In this document: in pieces, positions 57,665-64,000 of the stretch
Layout: each line of letters starts with the position of its first letter
Numbering within the stretch: position 1 is the first letter of the stretch
Virus record (IMG/VR): IMGVR_UViG_3300020122_000238
Span: 124,001-188,000 of that record
Strand: one strand, 5' to 3'
DNA: 64,000 nucleotides
The notes under the pieces: model-generated
Told to the model about the DNA's origin: nothing
Databases searched by the model: none
Seen by the model: only the letters and a program-made list of their open reading frames with translations
Translations under genes and position numbers: made by a program

Positions 57665-59032
57665 ATGAGCACGTCTCAATCTCTTCGCGTTTTGGCGAAG
57701 TATAAAGCCAAAAAGAAGGTCAAGAATCAAGACGGCGAGGACATGACCGTCTACGAGTATTCCGACAAGCAAATCGCCAACCGGAACCGGGAGAAGGCGA
57801 AGCGAATCGAGAAGCTCCGAGGCAAGATCGACGACGTCCGCTCGAAGGCCAAGAAGGACCTGAAGTCGAGCGACCCCGAGAAGATGCTCACGGCACTCGC
57901 CGTGATGCTGATGGACCACACGTATGAAAGGGTTGGGAACGACGAGAGCGCGGACGACGGGCACTTTGGGGTCACGGGCTGGCAGAAGGACCACATCACC
58001 TTCAGCAAGGGCGGGGCGACCATCAAGTACGTCGGCAAGTCCGGCGTCAAGCACGTCAAGAAGGTGACCGACTCGACCATCACCAAGGCGCTCAAGGATG
58101 CCTGTGAGGCGGCTGAGAACGAGACGTCTTGCATCTTCGAGTGGGACGGGGGCAAGGTCTCAGCCGAGAAGGTGAACGCCTACCTGAAGGAGTTCGACAT
58201 CTCGGCGAAGGATATCCGTGGGCTACATGCAAATGTCGAAATGCAGGAACAGCTCAAGGCTGCCAGGAAGAAGGGCGGCAAGCTTCCCGAGGACCCCAAG
58301 AAGCGGGATAAGCAGCTCAAAGAGGAGTTCAAAGAAGCACTCGAAGTCACGGCGGAAGCCGTAGGCCACGAGCCTGCCACGCTGAAGAGCCAATATTTGG
58401 TCCCTGGAATGGAGGAAGATTTCTTGAAGGACGGCGTGATCAACGAGAAGCTCCACACGAAGACGGCAGATCTCAAGCAGGGGTGCGCCGGCTGTAGTTG
58501 CCACGCTAAACCCGAGGAGCACGACCAGTCGGAACGGGTGATTGCTCGTTTCTTGAGCCAGGACAAGAAAGCGGTGGGGTATTACGATACCGATCGTGAT
58601 GAGACTTGGGTGGATCCTACAAAGGACCTCGACAAGTGGCTTGATAGGCTTCTACGCTTGACTCAAGAGGCCAAACGAGATGCCCCAGGAGAGCATCGAC
58701 GTGGAGAAGGCCCTGGGAAGGCCTATCTAGAGCTTTCCAGCTTTATGGGAGACCGGGAGCACACGAAGTGGTACAAGTTCTTCTATGCTTCCACTGTTCA
58801 GAAGGATGTCTCGTCCGCTATAGTCCCCAACGACTATAGCGATCCCAAGATGGCGCAAGACTACAGTCAATGGCTCGACAAGTTGGAGGACGCTATCAAG
58901 GACGCGGACGCGGAAATCCGTAGGGATGACCGTCCTGGAGACAAGATGTTCGAGCTGAAATGGATCATGAAGAACTACAGTAAAGAGAAGTGGTATGCCT
59001 ATTACTTCATGCAGTCCATGACATTCCGGTGA
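57665..59032 (+). CDS. DNA topoisomerase IB with C-terminal extra domain
   Basis: RVGN, GKSG, KDIR, VGH.....KSQY match the catalytic R-K-R-H-Y set. Confidence 0.85.
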   Translation: MSTSQSLRVLAKYKAKKKVKNQDGEDMTVYEYSDKQIANRNREKAKRIEKLRGKIDDVRSKAKKDLKSSDPEKMLTALAVMLMDHTYERVGNDESADDGHFGVTGWQKDHITFSKGGATIKYVGKSGVKHVKKVTDSTITKALKDACEAAENETSCIFEWDGGKVSAEKVNAYLKEFDISAKDIRGLHANVEMQEQLKAARKKGGKLPEDPKKRDKQLKEEFKEALEVTAEAVGHEPATLKSQYLVPGMEEDFLKDGVINEKLHTKTADLKQGCAGCSCHAKPEEHDQSERVIARFLSQDKKAVGYYDTDRDETWVDPTKDLDKWLDRLLRLTQEAKRDAPGEHRRGEGPGKAYLELSSFMGDREHTKWYKFFYASTVQKDVSSAIVPNDYSDPKMAQDYSQWLDKLEDAIKDADAEIRRDDRPGDKMFELKWIMKNYSKEKWYAYYFMQSMTFR

Positions 59033-59147
59033 TTGCTCACCAGGTTCTTGATCGCCGACAAAGTCATGGTCGCCTACGGTCCCGGCCGAGTGCCGGAGCA
59101 AGTCCGACACTGGCTCCACATCGCCATCCCTGGGAAAGTCAAGTTCG

Positions 59148-60080
59148 CTAGAACTCTTCCATAAGGGCGTTCATGTAGGTAAAGGGGTCCTCTTGGTGCT
59201 CCGAGATGAAGGGGGTGAGCCCCTCCCTACGCCCCACCACCACAAGCTCTCCAACAGCCTCCCGCTTCGCTCCGTCCGAGTTGATAGAGCGCCCCATCTT
59301 GACCTCGTGGATCTCCCATCCAGCGTACAGCTCCCTCACGAGGGGCGTATCCGAGTTTGAGAGAACGACAGCCACACCACGCTCTGCCAGCTCGGCGAAG
59401 CTCTTGGCGAGGGCTCTCTGTGCTTCCTCGTCGAATCCTTCTGAGGTGTACCCCGTGAAGCTCGCGGTCTCAGAGACCGGCACGTAGGGGGGATCGAAGT
59501 AGACGAGGTCTCCCGGCTGAGCCTTGGAGATACTGTCCTGCCAGGAGTTGTGACGAACAAATAGTTCGTCTTGTCTTGAATCGATCTCCCGGAGTACCTG
59601 AGCACAAGCCGAGATATTGGCCGCATCACAAATCTGGGCCATCTCGTCCTTTCCCCAAGAAGAGTTGAATTGCCCCTTCTTGTTGGTACGGTACAGGCCG
59701 TTGAAGCAGGTCTTGTTCAGGAAGATCATCCTGACAGCGCGGGTGACCGGCTCCAGAAGAGCCGGATCCATCTGTCGCCAGGTCGTGAACGTTTCCTTGG
59801 GGGCGATGCGGTACGCTTCCGCAACCATGAGGAGGTCTCGAATCACCTCCTCACCGAAGCCGCCGATCATCAGGTACGCGTTGACCAGCTCGGCATTCAG
59901 GTCGGACAAGACGGCCTTCTCGAACCTCTTTTCTTGAGCGAGCGCCCAGAAACTAGCGCCACCCCCAAGGAAGGGTTCGTAGTAGGTCCCAATCTTCTTG
60001 GGGTAGATTTTGAGGAGGAAGGGAAGAAGGGTGGTCTTGCCACCAACCCATTTGAGAAAGGGGCGCGCGGGGGAGGACAT
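59148..60080 (-). CDS. dam: Dam-family (D12 class) DNA adenine methyltransferase
   Basis: FLKWVGGK, EPFLGGG, FNGLYRTN, YFDPPY, LSNS; target specificity not proven. Confidence 0.88.
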   Translation of the reverse strand: MSSPARPFLKWVGGKTTLLPFLLKIYPKKIGTYYEPFLGGGASFWALAQEKRFEKAVLSDLNAELVNAYLMIGGFGEEVIRDLLMVAEAYRIAPKETFTTWRQMDPALLEPVTRAVRMIFLNKTCFNGLYRTNKKGQFNSSWGKDEMAQICDAANISACAQVLREIDSRQDELFVRHNSWQDSISKAQPGDLVYFDPPYVPVSETASFTGYTSEGFDEEAQRALAKSFAELAERGVAVVLSNSDTPLVRELYAGWEIHEVKMGRSINSDGAKREAVGELVVVGRREGLTPFISEHQEDPFTYMNALMEEF

Positions 60081-60092
60081 ACCCCTCCTGGC

Positions 60093-60098
60093 TACACC
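60093..60098 (-). promoter_or_regulatory. Class A element GGTGTA
   Basis: 12 nt before methylase ATG 60080. Confidence 0.6.
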
Positions 60099-60100
60099 GC

Positions 60101-60394
60101 CTATCGTTCGTAGAAGCACGAAGCGCTGGGTACGCGCTTCGTGAGCTTGAGCCAGTAGTTCCCATCCTGCTGGTCACCCCCACCCTTCTCGACGTGCCAC
60201 CCACCTTCGGTCTCGTACTTCGTCTTCAGCTCGGCGAGGATACGAGTCGTGAACTGCGGTCCGAAACTGACGAGGATAGTGGACCCCGGCTGCCACTCCT
60301 TTTCGATCACATCATCGATGTGATCTTCCCCCTGCTTGATGATTTGGGTGTCCAGGACGCGGGTTCTCTCTTCGATTTCGCTTGCTTTGATCAT
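60101..60394 (-). CDS. Hypothetical protein
   Basis: 97 aa. Confidence 0.55.
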   Translation of the reverse strand: MIKASEIEERTRVLDTQIIKQGEDHIDDVIEKEWQPGSTILVSFGPQFTTRILAELKTKYETEGGWHVEKGGGDQQDGNYWLKLTKRVPSASCFYER

Positions 60395-60478
60395 GGTCAG
60401 TTCCCCACGCCATTCGAGTGCAGGCTACGAGCTTCCTCGTGACACAGGGATCGCTGGCGTGACTCTCGACCCCCATTT

Positions 60479-60517
60479 CATGGATCTCCTACAGGGCGCC
60501 CGGCTTGGGGATCAACC
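60479..60517 (-). promoter_or_regulatory. Class B promoter-like element
   Basis: GGTTGATC-N16-TGTA-GGAGATCC-ATG; the ATG opens an 18-aa ORF. Confidence 0.7.
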
Positions 60518-60522
60518 TTGAA

Positions 60523-61191
60523 TTACAGGTCGACCTCCCAGGAGAAGAGCGGCTCATCCACGGACCGCTCCCGGAGAATCCGAGCCACGGGTTCGTAGCT
60601 CCGCCTGTGGATCGGGCAAGGTCCGCGCGCCTGAAGAGCCCGTGTGTGTTGGTGGTTCGCATCCCCGCCATAACCCTTATTTTTGCTAAAGCCGTACTCA
60701 GGGTAGAGTTTGTCCGATTCGACCATAAGGCGGTCATGGGTGACTTTGGCGATGATACTCGCGGCTGACACAGCAGGGATAAAGCTATCCGCTTTGGGGA
60801 TGCTTCGGGCTCCTTCGATCTTGAGGTTACCATCCACGAAAGCTGCTGAAGGTTTGCCTCCGAACATCATCTGGACTTGAAGTGTTCCGGAATGTACACA
60901 GTCCGTGTGCATCGCACAGAGACAGACATAAACTCCTTTCTGATCGATTTCAGCAGGATGCGCTACGCACATCTGCCAAAAGATTGAAGAGTCCTCTTGA
61001 AGACCCTTAAATGCTCTCTCACGGGCTTTCTCGGTCAAATTCTTCGAATCACCTATAGGAACGCTCGGGACCCAATTCGCTGGGGCAGCGACCATCGCGA
61101 CCACAAGGGGTCCCGCCCACGCTCCATACCCAGCTTCATCGCAGCCAATGATGCAGAGGTTGCTCGAAGGATCGTAGGGTAGTTGAAACAT
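60523..61191 (-). CDS. rnhB: Ribonuclease HII
   Basis: GCDEAG.G..AGPLVVA, DSK, VDG, KAD, SAASIIAK, KGYG, HRRSY. Confidence 0.9.
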   Translation of the reverse strand: MFQLPYDPSSNLCIIGCDEAGYGAWAGPLVVAMVAAPANWVPSVPIGDSKNLTEKARERAFKGLQEDSSIFWQMCVAHPAEIDQKGVYVCLCAMHTDCVHSGTLQVQMMFGGKPSAAFVDGNLKIEGARSIPKADSFIPAVSAASIIAKVTHDRLMVESDKLYPEYGFSKNKGYGGDANHQHTRALQARGPCPIHRRSYEPVARILRERSVDEPLFSWEVDL

Positions 61192-61207
61192 ATACAAACC
61201 CACACCT

Positions 61208-61660
61208 CTATTCATCGGCATCGAGCTGTTCCCAGAAGGTCTTGGGGAGTGCCGGGGGAGGATCTTGCCATCTAATAAGGGTATTGCCGTTTTCTTCAAG
61301 AGAGTCCCAGATAGGTTCCGGACCATCGAGTGGGATAGACCATTCATGCTTCCAGCCGTGAGCGTGGAGAACGTTCGCTTTTACATCAATGATGTACTCC
61401 CACTCCAGATCAAATTGGGATCCTGGAGTTAAAAGTTTCGCGTTGGTGTAATTTTCAGCGGCCCGAGTTCCATAGAACACCTCCCACCTTTTTGAGGTAA
61501 GTATGTCTAAAAGACATTGATTTAGATTACTTCCTCTCCGAGCAATCTGGAGCTTATGCCAGAGGTTCCGCCCCAAGGCTGTTGGGTACGAATCGCAATG
61601 GTTGTAGACGCCAGCCCAGGCGCCAGGCACCCCAACAGCAACACATCCTCGGGTACTCAT
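61208..61660 (-). CDS. Hypothetical protein with TFWEQL-acidic tail
   Basis: MSTRG..., YNHCDSYP..LG, EWEYIID. Confidence 0.6.
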   Translation of the reverse strand: MSTRGCVAVGVPGAWAGVYNHCDSYPTALGRNLWHKLQIARRGSNLNQCLLDILTSKRWEVFYGTRAAENYTNAKLLTPGSQFDLEWEYIIDVKANVLHAHGWKHEWSIPLDGPEPIWDSLEENGNTLIRWQDPPPALPKTFWEQLDADE

Positions 61661-62070
61661 CAGGCCCACCCCGGAACATCCATCTTCTTCGCGCTCCAAT
61701 CATGGAAGTCGAAGCAGGGTTTGATGGGGGCGAGGCCGATAGCCACGTGAGCAACCACGTTGTGAAACACCCACCATTTATCGGGCTTCGAGGGGATTTC
61801 CTTGAGGCGCATCTCGGTAAACATCGGAACCAGGTCGCGCATTGCTCGGTTCTTGTTGAGCCAGTTCGAGGTGACCGTGTGCAGCTCGACCGTCCTCATG
61901 TTCGGGAGGACCCCCAGAAGAGGGTGAGCGACGCAGTTGTGCGCCAGCCACAAGAGGTGGTGTCGGAGTCGCGGGTTCGGTGTACCGTCTTGAACGAACT
62001 TCTCGACCCTCTCGTGATAGCGAGACTCGCAGGTCGACGGCGCCTCATCCTCAAAATCCTCGAAATTCAT
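61660..62070 (-). CDS. Hypothetical protein with duplicated HNxVAH motif
   Basis: WLAHNCVAHP and WVFHNVVAHV. Confidence 0.6.
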   Translation of the reverse strand: MNFEDFEDEAPSTCESRYHERVEKFVQDGTPNPRLRHHLLWLAHNCVAHPLLGVLPNMRTVELHTVTSNWLNKNRAMRDLVPMFTEMRLKEIPSKPDKWWVFHNVVAHVAIGLAPIKPCFDFHDWSAKKMDVPGWA

Positions 62071-62435
62071 GGCTTATCCTCCGGAATCACAGACAACACG
62101 AGGGAGAGGGCGCCCAAGGCTTCGTTGGCTCTCTCTGCTTGCTTGACGGAATCCGCGAGGAGCTTCTCCTGGTGTTCCACCACCTTCTTCCGGAAGGCGG
62201 GGAGAAGCGCTTGTGCCGCCTCATCGAGGGTCTTGCCCGTCCCCATGATGAAAAGGTTCGGCACGCTCTTGTCTCCGAAGGATTGGGATTGGGTGTCGAT
62301 CATGTCGATGTGGACATTGCCCACATTCCCAGCGGGGACTTCCGTCAGGATCTTCACCCTGAACGTGAACAGGGATTGCGGCCGAAGAACCAACGCTTGA
62401 GCAGCAAGAAGCCTGAAAATCTCTTCTAAAACCAT
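62067..62435 (-). CDS. Hypothetical protein
   Basis: 122 aa coupled to the downstream gene. Confidence 0.5.
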   Translation of the reverse strand: MVLEEIFRLLAAQALVLRPQSLFTFRVKILTEVPAGNVGNVHIDMIDTQSQSFGDKSVPNLFIMGTGKTLDEAAQALLPAFRKKVVEHQEKLLADSVKQAERANEALGALSLVLSVIPEDKP

Positions 62436-62823
62436 GGCTGACCCTTACACCAATCGTCGCTGGGAACGCGCTCAGAGACGTAGAAAACTACGCGAAAAGG
62501 CTGTCTCGTATCTTGGGGGTCGCTGTATGAATCCCAAATGTGGGTACGACCGCTGTATCACGGCGTTCGACTTCCATCACGTGGATGCCCGAGAGAAGGA
62601 CTTCACCATCTCGGACCGGATGACCTCCTGGAAGGTGATCCGGTCCGAGCTAGATAGGTGCGTGCTTCTCTGCGCAAATTGCCATCGGGAAGTCCACGAT
62701 GGACTTCTACCCGGCTTTCTTGCCGACGATGCTGACAGAGGATTCGATCTTGACGGGCCCGATTTTGATGATCCAACCCTCGGGGAGGACGATGTTCCGG
62801 ATCTGCTTGAGGATAGCGCCTAA
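62434..62823 (+). CDS. HNH endonuclease
   Basis: GGRC...CGY, FDFHH, LLCANCHREVH; same family as 3..785. Confidence 0.8.
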   Translation: MADPYTNRRWERAQRRRKLREKAVSYLGGRCMNPKCGYDRCITAFDFHHVDAREKDFTISDRMTSWKVIRSELDRCVLLCANCHREVHDGLLPGFLADDADRGFDLDGPDFDDPTLGEDDVPDLLEDSA

Positions 62824-62883
62824 CTCGGTCGCGGGAGCATCCGGCGGGGCGACAATCTGAATCGTGGCGGTGAGCTTGGTCAT
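62707..62883 (-). CDS. Possible 58-aa protein (MTKLTATIQIV...)
   Basis: Continues the minus-strand gene run; overlaps the acidic HNH tail antisense. Confidence 0.35.
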   Translation of the reverse strand: MTKLTATIQIVAPPDAPATELGAILKQIRNIVLPEGWIIKIGPVKIESSVSIVGKKAG

Positions 62884-62926
62884 GCCGGTAGGATAGAAGG
62901 TTGGCCCCCCCAGGCCAACTTTGCGG

Positions 62927-63565
62927 CTACGGCTTGTCGGAGGTCGGCGGGTAGAAGAAGGGCTCCACGGGCTTCGGAGTGGTTGCCGGTTCCGGAGTGG
63001 GCTCTTCTTTCTCCAGGATCGGGCGATCCTTCACGAGAAGGTCGAGTGCGGCCTCGGTCAGGGCTTCCTGGAAACCCTTCTCGTTCGAGGTCGGGTTGAA
63101 CATGCCGTCGAGGAGGTTCCGGATGCGTTGGGCCTCCTCGTCGATCAGGGTCATGACGCGGGCCGTTGCCGCGTAGAAGTTGTCCTCGGGGATGATTCGC
63201 ATGTATGAACATCCGCCCGGGATCTCGTCCACCGCATTCGGGGTGACCCCCGTCGTGTTGAGGCCCTGCTTGCCTTCGCCGTAGGAACGGCCCGCTCGCG
63301 GCATGCCCTTGTATTCGCTACCAGCGCTGGCGATCGTACCCGTGAAAACGATGGCCCCCAGCTCAGCGATCCAGAAGACCTTGAGCCCCAGAGCGAGAGG
63401 GGTCGACTCCAGGTAGCTGAACAGGGTCCCCATGCTGCGGGACTTCCTGGTCTCGGTGACAAGACCGAGCGGGAGAGCCACTTCTTGGAGGACCCTCGCC
63501 GTGAGCGTGATGGTCTCCGGAATCGTGTTGTTCTGACGGGAGATATTGAATATTTCTCGAAGCAT
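62927..63565 (-). CDS. Hypothetical protein
   Basis: 212 aa. Confidence 0.55.
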   Translation of the reverse strand: MLREIFNISRQNNTIPETITLTARVLQEVALPLGLVTETRKSRSMGTLFSYLESTPLALGLKVFWIAELGAIVFTGTIASAGSEYKGMPRAGRSYGEGKQGLNTTGVTPNAVDEIPGGCSYMRIIPEDNFYAATARVMTLIDEEAQRIRNLLDGMFNPTSNEKGFQEALTEAALDLLVKDRPILEKEEPTPEPATTPKPVEPFFYPPTSDKP

Positions 63566-63583
63566 GGGGATGGTCTTTCGGGG

Positions 63584-63997
63584 CTACAGGACGAACTTTT
63601 TGCGAAATGTTCTATCGAACAGCGCGGACTCTTCCGCGGGGGAGCCGTACAGCAATGACATGTTCGAGATGCCAATGGCAGTCGTGGGGTTGATAGCGAG
63701 CTGCCCCACAACATCGGAGAAGCGGCCTTGAATGAAGGTGCATCCGTCGCGAAAGAAGCGAGGGGTTTCTTTCATGATGTCGATCCCCACGTAGTTGATA
63801 CGAGGGTCAAAGAGGACATGCTGCAAGGCCAGGCAACACCCCACGTCGTAGACCGTAAGTCGCTGCTTTTCCCAGCCCATTCTAGCTCCCATCTCTCTGA
63901 TATCGGCTTTCCTCACGAGAAGCTGTGCGAAATTCTCGTAATCCTCAATGAAGCCGAGGAAGCTCATGTCGATTCCGACTGAATCGTCTTCACACAC
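63584..63997 (-). CDS. Class I SAM-methyltransferase-like protein (start uncertain)
   Basis: VYDVGC...YVGID resembles SAM-binding motifs I and II. Confidence 0.35.
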   Translation of the reverse strand: MCEDDSVGIDMSFLGFIEDYENFAQLLVRKADIREMGARMGWEKQRLTVYDVGCCLALQHVLFDPRINYVGIDIMKETPRFFRDGCTFIQGRFSDVVGQLAINPTTAIGISNMSLLYGSPAEESALFDRTFRKKFVL

Positions 63998-64000
63998 GAG

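Noticed and set aside
14198-60098. GGTGTA as an extended Shine-Dalgarno
   Set aside because: GGTG ends 12-14 nt from the ATG, too far for that part of the anti-SD, and the conserved TA is shared with the bipartite class B element; disfavoured, not excluded
1-64000. CRISPR array, tRNA/rRNA genes, alternative genetic code
   Set aside because: No regularly spaced repeats or cloverleafs seen by eye; conserved genes read fully in code 11 and all three stop codons are used

Overview
64 kb of a GC-rich (roughly 60%, estimated by eye), large tailed dsDNA bacteriophage genome, probably a jumbo phage. No rRNA, tRNA or CRISPR array was seen. Left to right: an HNH nuclease; large virion structural genes (two paralogues); a membrane/lipoprotein cassette; a replication module (SNF2 helicase, loader-like protein, DnaB, stand-alone primase Zn-binding domain, family A polymerase); a DUF2997/DUF1257/Ycf46-like AAA trio; nucleotide metabolism (5'-nucleotidase, ThyA with an HNH gene inserted at its 3' end, CYTH, DHFR); and accessory genes (NADAR, RNA ligase, nitrilase-family hydrolase, ADP-ribosyltransferase, ClpX, metallophosphoesterase, DUF1848, YkgJ, SLOG, macrodomain, DHH, zincin protease, topoisomerase IB, Dam-type methylase, RNase HII). 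Four recurring short signals stand out. (1) An R-V-x-A-R-[YF] peptide tags about 11 otherwise unrelated proteins, including the ART, the protease and Topo IB; it is a candidate capsid-packaging/ejection tag. (2) A C-terminal T-x-W-[DE]-x-L-acidic tail is shared by at least 5 small proteins. (3) GGTGTA-N10-12-ATG precedes 15 genes and GGTTGATC-N16-YGTA-N8-9-ATG occurs 7 times on the minus strand; both look like leaderless phage promoters. (4) The second promoter class carries a GATC that the phage methylase could modify. All family calls come from motifs read by eye, not database searches.
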